A DNA stretch of 60,000 bases. Origin: Callorhinchus milii (lineage: Eukaryota). Each line of letters begins with the position of its first letter. Position 1 is the first letter of the stretch. The stretch covers positions 85,438,001 through 85,498,000 of the forward strand of contig NW_024704742.1 of assembly GCF_018977255.1 (NCBI RefSeq), written 5' to 3'. Below, in pieces: positions 1 through 12,312 of this stretch. The notes under the pieces are model-generated. The model saw only the letters and a program-made list of their open reading frames with translations, did no database searches and was not told the origin of the DNA. A program made the position numbers and the translations under genes.

Positions 1-250
1 CAGCTAACCTCTGTCTCTCCTCTGGCAGTATAATCCCTCCCCCTTTCAAAACCCCACCTTCTCAAGAAACTCTCCCTCGACACCTGCTACCAACATCTCC
101 AGCTACCAACTCATCTCCAATCTGCCCTTCATCTCCCAAGGTGCTGGAGCAAGTTGTTGCCTCCCAACTTCACTCCTTCTTCTTCCACCACTCCCTCTTC
201 AAGTTCCTCCAATCCAGCCCACCCACAGTACTGAGTCTACCCTGGTCCTG
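1..250 (+). mobile_element. L2-type LINE ORF2 fragment (degenerate)
   Basis: C-rich, degenerate coding for K.SLD...SYQLISNLPFISKVLEQVVASQL, the pre-RT segment of L2. Confidence 0.7.
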
Positions 251-610
251 TGGAGTCCTGTAGCTTAGTGTTTAAAGCACCCGCCTAACAAACAAGAGGA
301 CCCAGGTTCAATGCCCAGGGTGAGCGAAACATTGGGCAAGTTTCCTTACTCCACACGCCTCTGTTTATCTATCAATAAATAGGAACCCGGTTGTTAGTCA
401 ATTGGCAGATCACTTTCCCGGAGTAATAATCCCTTAAAAAAAGAATGTTAAAAACATTTGGTCACTCAATCCATGACTGTTTGTGGGACACTGCTGTGTG
501 CAATTGGCTGCTACGTTTTGTCCACAAAATATACAGTCAATATATATTCTGTGAAGCGCTTTGTGATTCTTGAAGTAATAAGACTCTACATCAGAGGCAA
601 GGATTATTAT
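251..610 (+). mobile_element. tRNA-derived SINE family A, near full length
   Basis: A box (tagcttagtg) and B box (ggttcaatgcc) head, shared core ctgtttgtgggacactgctgtg, tail gcaaggattattatt; same family at 17415-17680, 49258-49617, 52069-52390. Confidence 0.85.
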
Positions 611-719
611 TATCTGCGGGGGACAGACCTGAGCTTGAAGATCAATTGGATTCACTGTAGCAATGCATTCATGTTTTGAACTGTTTTGGTGGTGGAATAC
701 AGTGTGACAGTGACATTAT

Positions 720-1128
720 GTGGTGGTGCTGGAACTCTCTGAGTCAGAAAGTTGTAGGTTCAAGCTCCATGTCAGGACTTAGAACTTCTACTGTCTAAGA
801 CGACACTGGAGTGTGCCGCATTGTTGGAGGTGACATCCTTTGGATGAGATGTTAAACCAAGGTCTCGACTCCCGTTTAGAAGATGTTAAAGATCACACAG
901 CACAGTTCGAAAAGTTAAAGGGGTTTCTCTCTCACGTGGGCCTGGCCAACAATCCCTCAGATAAAATTTGGTCACTCGCTTGTTGACTGTTTGTGGGACA
1001 TTACTGTGCACAATTGGCTGTCGCATTTCGCCCACAAATATACACCGTATCTTCCTTGAAGTTGCTTTGTGACGAACTTCTGATGTGAAAGGTGCTATAC
1101 CATATTTAAATATCATAATTATTATTGT
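720..1128 (+). mobile_element. tRNA-derived SINE family B (DeuSINE/SacSINE-like)
   Basis: Head ctctgagtcagaa.gttgt.ggttcaag, body gatgttaaagatc, same 3' core and tail as family A. Confidence 0.8.
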
Positions 1129-1156
1129 TTGGAAATGTATTGTTTCCTCAACACAG

Positions 1157-1292
1157 AAATATAATGACACTATGATTATCAACGAGGACGCTCGGACCAA
1201 AGACGCAGTCGAGTATTTGGACCAATTTATTAACAATGTGAAGGGAGGCGGGTTTGATGAGACTGAACGGGAACTTACAGCACTATTTGAAG
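1157..1292 (+). CDS. DDX58: RIG-I (DDX58) internal exon, Hel2i region; earlier exons lie upstream of the window
   Basis: acacag|AAA...GAAG|gtgaaa; KYNDTMIINEDARTKDAVEYLDQFINNVKGGGFDETERELTALFE resembles RIG-I [21 protein letters not shown]...GFDEIEQDL. Confidence 0.92.
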
Positions 1293-1659
1293 GTGAAATC
1301 TTCTATCAGTTTAATTACTCCTGATATTTCACATTTTCATTTATATGTAAAGAAAAAATACACATTTAGGGTTTCCCCGTTGATGTAATACATAAATGCG
1401 CCTCAGTGTGATACTGATCCAGGCAGCTACAATGGAGCCCTGTGATAATTAATGGTCAGGATCCAGAAGATCCCACAAGGTCACTGCTTTTCTCCATTTA
1501 TATAAATGCTTTGGAGTCTATTACAGATGATGGTAGAAGCTTACTGATGTTATAAACACAGAGAGGGTCACTGAGAGTGAAGATTGTAACTGCAACTTCA
1601 GGACATAGACTAGGAGATTGGGCAGAGAGGTGAGGTTAACCTACATAAATCTTTAAATC

Positions 1660-2095
1660 TGGTATCGTTGTAGGACACCTCCGCATCCTGTCCATGGCTC
1701 TGACATCCTTCCTAAAGTGGGATGACTAAAACTGAACACAGTATTCCAACTTCAGTCTAACTAATGATTTATACAAATGAAGAATTACCTCTCTGTTTTA
1801 TTTTTTGCCCCTATCTATAAAACCTAGGATCCCATGAGCTTTCTTCAAGGTATTGTCCCCCTGCCTTCCCACCTTTAAAGATATTGTATGTTAACCCCTT
1901 GTTCTCTCTGCTCTTCTACTCCTTTTAAATGTTACGATTTAGCGTTCTATTGCTCTCATTGTTATTCCTCCCATTACACATCATCTGTCATTTCTTTGCC
2001 CAGGCAACTAGTCTATGTTCTCCAGAAGTTGAAGTTACAATCTTCTTCACTCTTTGCGATGCTCTCTCTTTTTAGGTCGTCAATAACCTTGTAAG
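1660..2095 (-). mobile_element. CR1-type LINE ORF2 fragment
   Basis: Reverse strand gives degenerate LEYCVQF..P..RKDV, as in the CR1 copy at 12313. Confidence 0.65.
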
Positions 2096-2809
2096 CAAAA
2101 AAAAAAGAAAAAAGATGTGGTCACGCAATCCACTACTGTGTGTGAGACACTGCTGTGTGCAATTGGCTGCCAAGTTTCGCCCACAAATATACAGTCAATT
2201 CACTTTACAGTATATTCTGTGAAGCGCTTAGAGACGTCTCAATTAAATGACAAAGTATAATATGAAATTCAAGAATTATTATTGTACCAGAAATTGTTAC
2301 AGAAATCAGACTCCAGATCATTTATGTAATTGGAGAAAAGCAGTGGTCGAGGGATCCCACTATTTACATCTCTCCATTCCGACTAACAACAATGTACTTC
2401 TGCTCTCTGCTTGATATCCTTAAATCAACCTTCTATCCCTGCTGCCATCTGTCCATTAATGCCACATACTCTATTTATTCTAATAAGCCTTTCATGTGGC
2501 ACCTTAACAAAAGTCTTCTTTTAAGTAAAAATATCAAGTGGTTTAAATGGGATATTAAAGGAATGTGTTTGGAAAAACTATCTTGGAAGCAATAGGATAT
2601 AGAAACATCAAATCAGTTCTGCAGAAATCTCATTCACCATTCAGACGGCTTGTTTCAACATTATAGTTGCAATATCAAATGCAAGGTTTATTATTGTTGT
2701 TGTGTCCTTCCTATGTGCCCAATGGCTGTTTACCCTGCAAAGCTCTCTACTCATTGAGTCCCATATTGTGGCACGAGTTGGGAATCATTTTTATTTCTTT
2801 GTGTCCTAG

Positions 2810-2958
2810 AAAATAAGCAACGACTGCTTGAGATTGACCAAGAACCGAAATACCATAACCCCAAGCTGAATGAAGTGGAGGCGATCCTGAATGAGGAATA
2901 CACGAACAAGCCAGACACCAAAACCATCCTCTTCGTCAAAACAAGAGCTCTAGCAGAT
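2810..2958 (+). CDS. DDX58: RIG-I exon, Hel2 motif IV
   Basis: cctag|AA...GAT|gtaagg; NKQRLLEIDQEPKYHNPKLNEVEAILNEEYTNKPDTKTILFVKTRALAD; phase fits the previous exon. Confidence 0.93.
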
Positions 2959-3085
2959 GTAAGGCATCTCCACATTCATTTATTATGTTCAGGAATTGTA
3001 TAATACCACCCTCCACCATTGACTAGATATAAACATTGTTAGCATAAACGCCTTCTCAAAAATATTTTTTTCTCTTATTTTTCAG

Positions 3086-3176
3086 GCATTGAAAAAGTGG
3101 ATAACTGAAAGCCCTGTGTTAGAGTTCCTACAGCCAGAGTTGTTGTTAGGCCGAGGCAGGAGGGATCACACCCCTG
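3086..3176 (+). CDS. DDX58: RIG-I exon
   Basis: ttttcag|GCA...CCTG|gtacta; ALKKWITESPVLEFLQPELLLGRGRRDHTP. Confidence 0.92.
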
Positions 3177-4459
3177 GTACTATATTCTGTGGTGTAGTTG
3201 TTGTATTGAACACATTGATACATTCAGTCTCCTGGGAACAAAATCACATTATTGGTGGGGCGACTGATAGGCAGGTCTGCTGGCGGATGTTTTGGACATA
3301 GGGACGTTTTTTGGGTCGTTCTCACGCCCACATAAGAATTGCTAGAAGAAAAAAGAACAAGATCCATCCAGTTTGCCTTCCACCATCTTGGCAGTCACAT
3401 GCACTTGTCATTTGCCAAACTATACACTGTATCACAAGATGTTCTCACCTGTTGCTCTCCGCGCTGCCTCATATTTCCCACTCCGGCTCTCTTCCTGTCG
3501 CAGAGCGATGGGAAGAGAGGGAGGCATGATATTTGAAAAGAGTAGCTAGGAATGGAAACCTTCAGTGATTGCCCGACCACCATTTTTTGTTGGTGCCACT
3601 CCATTGCTAGTTTCACCACTGGTTCGACGGTTATTCTCAATCATTGAACCATAGATATTTATAGCACAGAAGATGGCCATTCGACCCATTGTGTCTATGC
3701 TGGCTCTTTTACAGAGCAGAAATCCTTTCAGTTACACAGGAGGAAGTTCCAATACGTTTACATACCTTATTCCTCTAAGGAAAGGAATCAATATGAAGCA
3801 GATAGTGCCTATCCTGAGACAATAGTTTGTATCAAAATAATGATTATTATTATTGTTACACCAGCACTTCCCAGTGTGCAGGAAAACAGCTTTTAAAATA
3901 TGTTTATGCAATCTTTTTGCTGGAAGTAGATAGTCATCGTGCAAGTGCTCCTCTGGTATTGAATAGATTTAGTCAGTGGCTGGAGTTTAAAAAAAAAATT
4001 AAAATCTATTGATTAGTATTGGCTCGATATTGGAGCATCACAATGTACAGAACAGGAAACAGCCACAACAGGATATGTAGCCAAGCCCATTTGCACAAAT
4101 CGTCTCTCCTTATCTCACATGTTGCCCCATCGCTTTTACCATAAAAAGCTCATCTAAAACTGCTGCTGAATCCATCTACGCTCTCAGCCTCCACAATCTG
4201 TCTGGGAAGCTTTCACTAGTTAGCTGCCTCTGCATCAAATCGTTTTATATAAACATTTTTTGCCCACTTCTTTCAGAGTTTAAAATTGGCCCTTGTGGTC
4301 CTCTTGAAGAGATTTGGAGTCCAGCTTAACTTTCTTTAAGCTCTGCATTAAATGCAAGGATTATTATTGTTACTGTTATTAACTAGAGGTAGGCAACTGA
4401 CTCAGTGTTAAAAACTGAATCCAGATTTGATTATGATTATTGACCATTGTGTTTCGCAG

Positions 4460-4630
4460 CAATGACTCTACCATTACAGAAGGAGGTGCTGACACTATTT
4501 AAAGAGTCTTCTGGCACCAAACTCCTGATCGCGACTTCCGTTGCTGATGAAGGGATTGACATTGCTCAGTGCAATCTAGTGCTGCTGTATGAGTATGTGG
4601 GCAACGTTATAAAAATGATCCAAACCAGAG
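4460..4630 (+). CDS. DDX58: RIG-I exon, helicase motif V and start of motif VI
   Basis: cgcag|CA...AGAG|gtgggt; [56 protein letters not shown]. Confidence 0.96.
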
Positions 4631-5454
4631 GTGGGTACGATGATGATGATAATACATTCTGTGAAGCATTTGTATTTGATATAAAGTCTTATTGCATGGT
4701 TGCGTCTCAAAGTATACTGTGAAGTGAATAGACGGTATATTTTGTGGCTCGCCTCCTCCTTTCCACTCTTCAGATTTGAATATGATTATTGCCACCCTGA
4801 AAACCTTCCTCTTTGACTGTGCTTACTGTTACCTCCCCCCAGCTCAGCATTTTTCCGCCACTGTTAAGCGCTCTGGAACTCTACCCTACATGAGGGGCAC
4901 TATATTAATGCAAGGTGTTGTTGTTGAATTGACTGCATATTTTGTGGGCAAAACATCATTGAAGTAAGAAATGTCATCAGGTCAAATGCTCCTCACCCCA
5001 CCCAATGCTTGTATCCAGTTTCACAAGTAAGTTTACTCTTCAAAGGACTATTTGGCCAGGGCAATGGGAGAGGCTCCTTTCTTTAAATAGTGTCATGGGA
5101 TCTTTCAGTGGTCACCTGAACAGGCCAGCAGGACTTCAGTCTAATGTCACAGCTGAAAGACAGCAACTGGCAAATTAAATTTAATACAGATAAATGCAAG
5201 GCACTACATATAGGATCCCAGAATAAGAAACACATGTACGCCATGGATAGGATAGAACTTGCCAAAAGGGAAGCTGAAAAAGATCTAGGGGTGTTGCGTC
5301 ATTGCTCACTATGTCAAAGCAATGTAAGACAGCATTAAACAGGGTAAACAGGACGCTGGGCTATGTTGCTAAATCAGTAGAGTTTAGATGTCTAGATGTT
5401 ATACTCAGGCTGTACAATGCTCTTCTCAGGCTGCACCTTTGATACAGCATACAA

Positions 5455-5940
5455 CAAGATTTCATTTATAGAGCGCCTTTCACGTCGGGAGGACGTCCCA
5501 AGGCGCTGGACAGTTGGGTCGGGACCCGAGCAGCGGGGAAACGGTCAGGGTGAGGGGAGGGAAGGAGCGAGGAGAGGGTAGAGTCAAGAGGGGAGCTGAA
5601 GGCACGGTCAAAGAGAAAGGTCTTGAGACCGGCCTTGAAGGAGGAAAGGGAGGAGGCGGCGAAAGCACTGGGGAATGGAGTTCCAGAGCCTCGGGGCTGA
5701 GAGGCTGAAGGCCCGGCCACCGATGGTAGGGCGGTTGGGGCGGGGGATGTGGAGCAGACCAGAGCCAGAGGAACGGAGGGTACGGGCAGGTAGGTAGGTA
5801 GGGGATAGTAGGTCGGAGAGGTAGGAGGGAGCAAGGCCATGAATGGCCTTGTAGGTGAGGATGAGGATCTTGAATTCGATCCTCTGAGGGATGGGGAGCC
5901 AGTGGAGGCGAGCGAGGGTGGGAGTGATGTGGTCGCTCAG
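5455..5940 (-). mobile_element. L2 LINE 3' end (young copy) in a DDX58 intron
   Basis: DHITPTLARLHWLPIPQRIEFKILILTYKAIHGLAPSYLSDLL...RAFSLSAPRLWNS; tail gggacgtcctcccgacgtgaaaggcgct. Confidence 0.9.
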
Positions 5941-6290
5941 CATACAGTGCTGATCACGATATAAGGGGGCAGCCCGGGCCTTAGAGGCAGTGCAGAGGAG
6001 CGTAACAAGGATATTCCCCAGTGTTAGAGGAAAGAGCAATAACTTATTATTAGGAACCTGGTTGTTAGTTGATTGGTAAATCGCTTTCCATAAGTAATCC
6101 CTTCAAAGAAATTTGTGCGCCATTGGCTGCTCCGTTTTGCTGAAATATACAGTCAACTGACTTTAGAGTACATTCTGTGAAGCACTTTGAGATGCCTCAA
6201 AGGATTAGTATTTTATTAGTATCAAATGCAAGGATTATTAGTATTGTATTATATTAATTGATTATTGAATTGTACTTGTCATTGTTACAG

Positions 6291-6442
6291 GCCGGGGACG
6301 AGCCGAAGGAAGCAAGTGCATTCTCGTCACGAGTAAGAGAGAAAATGCTGAGAGAGATGAAATCAATTATTTACAAGAAAAGATGATGTACAGAGCTATT
6401 CAGCAGGTGCAACAGATGGACAGGACAATGTTTTGCTCCAAG
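6291..6442 (+). CDS. DDX58: RIG-I exon, end of motif VI and pincer helix
   Basis: ttacag|GC...AAG|gtaatt; (G)RGRAEGSKCILVTSKRENAERDEINYLQEKMMYRAIQQVQQMDRTMFCSK. Confidence 0.93.
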
Positions 6443-6499
6443 GTAATTGTAAAAGCTGGGAATTGTTTATCAGAACTTGTTTGTTTTCTTAAACTACAT

Positions 6500-6915
6500 A
6501 TGGCAGCCTAGTTTCAGACTGGCTCAGTTGGTAGCACTTTAGCCTCGGAGTCAGAAGGTTGTGGATTGAAGTCCCATGTCATGGTGATTTTGAACTCGTA
6601 GTCTTGAGTTTGCACTGTAGTGCAGTGCTGACATATGCAGCATTATTGGAGGTATCGTCTTTTGGATGAAAAATTAAAACAAGTTCCATTCTACCTGTTC
6701 AGATGGATATTAAAGATCCCATTGTACTATTCGAAAAGAGAAGGGAGTTTCTCTCAATGGCCTGGCTGACGATTGTCTCAGTTGGTCACTCACTTTATGG
6801 CTGCTGTGCGCACCTAAAAATACATAGTCACTACACTTCAAGATAAAATCTTGTGAGGCAATTTGAGACATCCTAACAACGTGATAAGTTACTATACCAA
6901 ATGCAAGGATTATTA
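6500..6915 (+). mobile_element. SINE family B
   Basis: tggctcagttggtagcac A box, family B body, tail aaatgcaaggattatt. Confidence 0.8.
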
Positions 6916-7516
6916 TGTCTTAATCACCCCAGATGTCTTGTGACGATGTTTAATGACTGGCGGGTTACTGAACACCTTGAAATTTGAAGTGATTCCCTAG
7001 TCACGCTTGCATATTTTAATGCCATCCTTCGGATGTTAAACCGAGCTCCCGTCTGCCTGTTCAGGTGGATGTTAAAGACCCCACGTCAAAATATTCACTT
7101 TACACAAAAATCAACTTTTTTAAAAAAAAAGTATTAAACTTGCAACAGTAACTTGCATTTATATAGCGCACCTCACCCAGGGTAGAGTCCCAGAGCACTT
7201 CAAGAACCAAGGCCACCAATTTGTTAATTTTGGGGAGAGAGGTGTGAATTTCAACTCTCCTTGGCTGATCAGCACTAGAAAACAAATATCTAACAGACAA
7301 ATTTGGAGCCCAACTTACAAAACAAAAATTGCCTGGTTTGAGGCTTTATATAGCCCTGTCACGTAGAATTATGTCGGAGTGCTTTACAGTGATGGGGACG
7401 GATGCCAAGCAAGGGAATGAGGGAGGTGACTATAGGCACAGTAGTTAAGTACTGTATCAGTGAGAAGGGAATTTGCTGCAGATTTTTTTTAAGAAACAAA
7501 ATGTCTTTTCTCCAAG

Positions 7517-7666
7517 ATTAACAGAATTCAAGTAGATGAACAACAGATGCGAGAAAGTACAGCAGCGAAAGTGAGATGTGTAGAGAAATCAAAGGACAGT
7601 TATAATCTACTGTGTGCAAAGTGCAAAAAGTATGCCTGCAGCTCTGATTGTATTAGAGTTATAGAG
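7517..7666 (+). CDS. DDX58: RIG-I exon, pincer and start of C-terminal domain (first zinc CxxC)
   Basis: tccaag|ATT...GAG|gtaagt; INRIQVDEQQMRESTAAKVRCVEKSKDSYNLLCAKCKKYACSSDCIRVIE. Confidence 0.92.
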
Positions 7667-8033
7667 GTAAGTCTGAATTGTATCTGAAATATAATTATTG
7701 TTTTAGACGACCAAGAACTACCATATTTATGAATGAATATAGCAGAGGCCTCTTTTATCTGCACAAAGTAGGAAAGAGTTAGGAAGAAAGTAAGTTCAAG
7801 AGATTGAGAGGTATTCTCTCCATTGTGCTTGCAACAAATTGCGGAATAAATTCAGTCATTTTGCATTACCAGTTCAGTCGCATCAAGATTCTGGTGATCT
7901 TATGCGCAACGTTTTTTGTCAGCATCACAACTCAGTTGTTCCACATATCTTAATCCCCATGTGGATAGTGTTCTACCGTACATAAACAGGCACTGTGAAA
8001 CCATGTCTAAATCAGTTTCTGTTTTCCTTTCAG

Positions 8034-8330
8034 GAGTCGCATCATGTGGTTGTTGAGCAATCATTCAAAGAGCGCTATACACATGAACCTCATCCGAAAC
8101 CAAAACGCTATGGCAACTTTCAGAAAGTGTCAAAATTATATTGCAAAAGTTGCAAGCACGACTGGGGTATCACTGCAAATTTCAAGGTGTTCAATAACTT
8201 GCCAGTCATTAAAATCGAAAGCTTTGTCCTTGAGAACGTCACAACATCAGAACAATCCTATGTGAGAAAGTGGATAAAAGTCCCTTTCCTTCTGAAGGTG
8301 TTTAACACTGCTGAAGTTGCTGCCGAGTGA
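8034..8330 (+). CDS. DDX58: RIG-I last coding exon, C-terminal RNA-binding domain to TGA
   Basis: tttcag|GAG; ESHHVVVEQSFKERYTHEPHPKPKRYGNFQKVSKLYCKSCKHDWG...LPVIKIESFVLE...RKW...AAE*. Confidence 0.95.
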   Translation, partial: ESHHVVVEQSFKERYTHEPHPKPKRYGNFQKVSKLYCKSCKHDWGITANFKVFNNLPVIKIESFVLENVTTSEQSYVRKWIKVPFLLKVFNTAEVAAE

Positions 8331-8619
8331 TTGTGCTGCTTTTAATTTGCTTCCAGAGCCTTGGCATGTCCTCCTGACATGAAAGACTCTACACAAATGT
8401 AATTTTGTTGTTCTTGTTATATTTTTGAAATTTAATTTTATGGTCAACTTAAACTTGATTTTAAAATTAATATCTTTTCACACATATATATTTCCAAGGC
8501 AAAATAGTGTTTTGACTGTGAATCCTATTATGTCTTCATAAATATCCTACAATAATTACTGGGTAGACTCAAGATGATTGAATGTTGTGCCAGAATGGTT
8601 ATTAAATTATGTGGATTAG

Positions 8620-9682
8620 ATCCTATCTCTCACACCGACTCCACAAACAGCTTTTCCTCCAGCCCCCACACCGTCTTGTGTGGTGTTCCTCAAGGCTCTG
8701 TCCTTGATCCTCTTCTCTTAAACCTGTACATGCTCCCTCTGAGTGACATCTTCCGCAGACATGGGGTCAACTTCCACATGTACACGGATGACACCCAACT
8801 CTACCTCCACCCTCAATTCCAGGACAACCGACAGACTGTATATCAGACATCAAATCCTGGATGAGAGCCAACTTTCTACAGCTGGACGTCAGCAAGACCG
8901 AGGCTCTCCTGACTGGCTCACACCAGAGCGTCCGCACCTCAGGCACCGGCAGTATCAGCATCCACGATTGCACATTCCACCTCACCAAGCCAGTCAGGAA
9001 CCTGGGCATCCTGTTCAACCCTCAACTGTCCCCCACATCCATGCCATGACCCATTCTGCTTTCCCCCAATTCCGCCACTGCCTCACCCCGCAGATTGCCA
9101 AAACCATCATGCATGCCTTCACTACATCAGTCTCGATTATGGCAACACCCTGCTTTTCAGCCTCTGATTTCAGAACTCTTCCCTCCACAAGATCATCCAG
9201 AACTCTGCAGCTCATGTCCTCTCTCACACCAGACTCTGTGACCCCCATCACCCTTTCTCAGCTCCACTGGCTCATCATTCCTCAGAGGATAGAATTCAAA
9301 ATTCTCGGCCTCACCTTCAAGGCCCTCCATGGTCCTGCCCATGCCTACCTATTAACCCCTTATCAACCTGTCCACTCCCTTCGCTCAGCAAGCTCTGGAC
9401 CTGCCCGTCCCACCATTGGCTGTTGGGCCTTCAGCCTCTCTGCCCCCACCCTCTGGCACTCCAACCCACATTCCCTTTGCCTCGCTTGCCTCATTCAAGG
9501 CACATCTTAAGACCACCACTTCAACCGTGCCTTCAGCTACCCGCTCCGCCCTCCAAACTCCCTGATGCCTGATCCCAGCACACCTCCCCCATATCGCTCA
9601 GGTCCTAATCCCTGACTGTTCAGCACCATGGGACATCCTCCCGATGTGAAAGGCGCTTTACAAATGTAATTTTGTGTTGTAC
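8620..9682 (+). mobile_element. 5'-truncated L2 LINE between the DDX58 and ACO1 stop codons
   Basis: RT motifs GVPQGSVL and [24 protein letters not shown]2 tail gggacatcctcccgatgtgaaaggcgct; frameshifted. Confidence 0.9.
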
Positions 9683-9988
9683 ATCATCAGAAGATATTTT
9701 GCATTTACTTTTTAAAGGACACCAATACAGTCCTTTCAAATGTGCTTTAATATTTTGTTTTAATTTAAACAGTGGATGATTTTCAAAAATAAATGTTGTC
9801 ACGACTTAACCTTTCCTCGCTGGTCAACAAATGAAATTTTAAAAAGTTTATAGATTTTAAAAAATGCTCCAACAATGGACATTTCATACACCAACCAGAA
9901 CAGTCATTGCTATAACATGAAAGACAAATGGGATTTGGACCATAATTAGTGCTTTGCTGTTTGTCTGACACGGCCCCCTCATCATTAC

Positions 9989-10105
9989 CTAATTTGACAG
10001 TGTTTTGCGAATCATATAGTTTAGAATACCACCATGGAGGAAATAGGTCAGCTCTACATCAGTGTCGAACCTCATGATGGCTTGAAAGATCTTGCCTGTG
10101 TCAAG
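9989..10105 (-). CDS. ACO1: ACO1/IRP1 last coding exon (exon 21 by mammalian numbering), TAG stop
   Basis: ccctcag|[41 protein letters not shown]. Confidence 0.96.
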   Translation of the reverse strand, partial: LDTGKIFQAIMRFDTDVELTYFLHGGILNYMIRKTLSN

Positions 10106-11091
10106 CTGAGGGAGAAAAAATACATTTGGTTCAGATATTTACACATTTAGTAAAGTTACATAAACCGAAAGATAAAAGTTGACCAACTCAAAAAGCTGAT
10201 CCTAAACTCTATCTTTATAGGTAGGTTCAGTGATTTGATTATACCCAGATTGGATGACAACTTTCATGACTTGCAGTACAAGGGCTGAGAGAAGGATTGA
10301 TCTTATTAAAGCTTTTTGTAGCCTAAACATTAGACAATAATAAGAATTTGATTCAGTGCCTTTCATATCAGGAGGATGTCTCAAACCATTTCAACAGAAT
10401 TTTACTCTAAAGTGTAGTGCTTGTATTCTGTAGGTGAATGCAGTTATCAATTTGCACACAATGTACTACAAATTGGGCCCCAAATTCAGCATAGGAAGGT
10501 GAACATTTGGTTTAGAATGAACTTCTTTATCCAGAGAAACAGATTGGTCAGAAAGGAAGTGGATCGAGTGCAGATTTTTGTGGGGATGAGGAAGATTCAT
10601 AAGCAATTAATAATAACACTGTGACCATGATCATCTTCCAACCTGCAACTTTGCACTGCACGAACAATGAACAGAGCTTGGTGAAGGGCAATGTCACAGG
10701 ATTTTTGTTGGGTGGTGGTGGGGAACGTGGAGAGAAAAAGTTATCAGGCAAAGTTTTCAGATTCAGTTGTTTCCGGCTCAAAAATTGTTTTAGAATCAAA
10801 CTTATAAATAAAAGATTCAACTGATACCACAGTAGACTAAGACAACATAACAGAAAACTGGGAGAGCTGGAAACTAAGACACCTAAGGGGCTAAAAGAGT
10901 AAGCTGGGACACTGTGACCCAACACAGAAGGTGGTCAAAACTATTCAAGCTTATATATAAGCTCCATTGCTCAAACCTGGGGATATCCAGTGTATGTCAA
11001 CCAATAGCAAACTGGTCCTATCTTATCTTAGTTGTTTCTTAAACAAGATGGACTAACGAAAGTGCTTCCAGTAATAATGACTAGCATTTAC

Positions 11092-11277
11092 CCTAATCTC
11101 CATGCTCATTCTTGGCTTCAACAGTTCAGGAATGATAAGAGTGTAACGTTCGCGGCCTGTCAGTTCCAGGGTGTCAGCAGTCTGTCCTGGCAGATATTCC
11201 AGGGGAATTATCCCCATTCCTACAAGGTTGCTCCGGTGAATGCGTTCGTAGCTCTCAGCGATGACAGCTTTGACTCC
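11092..11277 (-). CDS. ACO1: ACO1 exon 20 (186 nt)
   Basis: [66 protein letters not shown] flanks. Confidence 0.96.
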
Positions 11278-12145
11278 CTGGGAAAGAAGAGATTATTCAA
11301 TTTACAAAATCTGGACCTCAAGCTCAAGGTTTAATAAGATAATAATAATTCTTGCATTTGATATAACGCCTTATCACATTGTTCAGGCGTCACAAAGCAT
11401 TTCACAAATATACTGTAAAATGAATCGACTATTTTGTGGGCGAAGTGCGGCAGCCAATTGCACACAGCAGTTTCCCACAAACAGTCACGGATTGAGTGAC
11501 CACATTTTAATGGTTTTTAAAATGGATTATTATCCCCAGAAAAAAATCCACCAATTGACTAACAACCGGGTTCCTACTTACTGCTAGGTAAATAGAGATG
11601 TGTGGAGTAAATTAATATCAAGTTTCCATTAGAGCAAAATTAATTATGCTGCAACACATAATCTTGTCAAATCTGATTCAAAATATCTAATAAAATCTTG
11701 CATAATCTTTCTTAGATAGGTAATAAAAGGCGTTGTCTAGTCAGTCCCACAAAACGGGTGCTGACTAAGATTAGACTCTGAAAACTCATAAGATGTAACA
11801 TGATGTACATCAGCATCTAAACTTTGTTTTTTTTAAAAAAAAACTCTTCCTCCTCAAACCCCCACAATTTGGCAAACTCCTAATGGAAAATGGCCATTAG
11901 AATACCAGCCTCAACACAGTCTGCAGAACTACCCCATTTAAATTATCCTAACCTCCCCTTTCACGTGGGGAGGAAGTCCCAAAGCAACCTGAAAATCAAA
12001 TCAGTAGGACAGAAAGGAACATAACAGAAGACATACATATGTATTCAAGAATTCCATCAGTGCCACCCCTCTCTCAAATTGACATCCCAGCTCAGAACAA
12101 CAGGGATTAGAGTGTACTCTGCACTGCAGAAAACAAACAACTCAC

Positions 12146-12268
12146 CAGTAAGTAGGGGCCCTTTGCTGCCCAGTCTCTTGAACTGCCCGATCCATATTCC
12201 TTACCAGCCAGGATAATGAGAGGATAACCCTCCTGCTGATAGCGATCTGCAGCATCATATATATCAAG
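12146..12268 (-). CDS. ACO1: ACO1 exon 19 (123 nt), catalytic GSSRD motif
   Basis: [41 protein letters not shown]; gacag|...|gtgagt. Confidence 0.96.
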
Positions 12269-12312
12269 CTGTCACCAAGGGAGAAAAGGCATTGTGTTCA
12301 TTGTGTTCAGAA

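Noticed and set aside
1157..8330. MDA5 (IFIH1) or LGP2 (DHX58) identity
   Set aside because: [29 protein letters not shown] and the basic CTD residues are RIG-I type, and ACO1 linkage agrees
8574..9510. Functional reverse-transcriptase gene
   Set aside because: 5'-truncated, frameshifted L2 remnant
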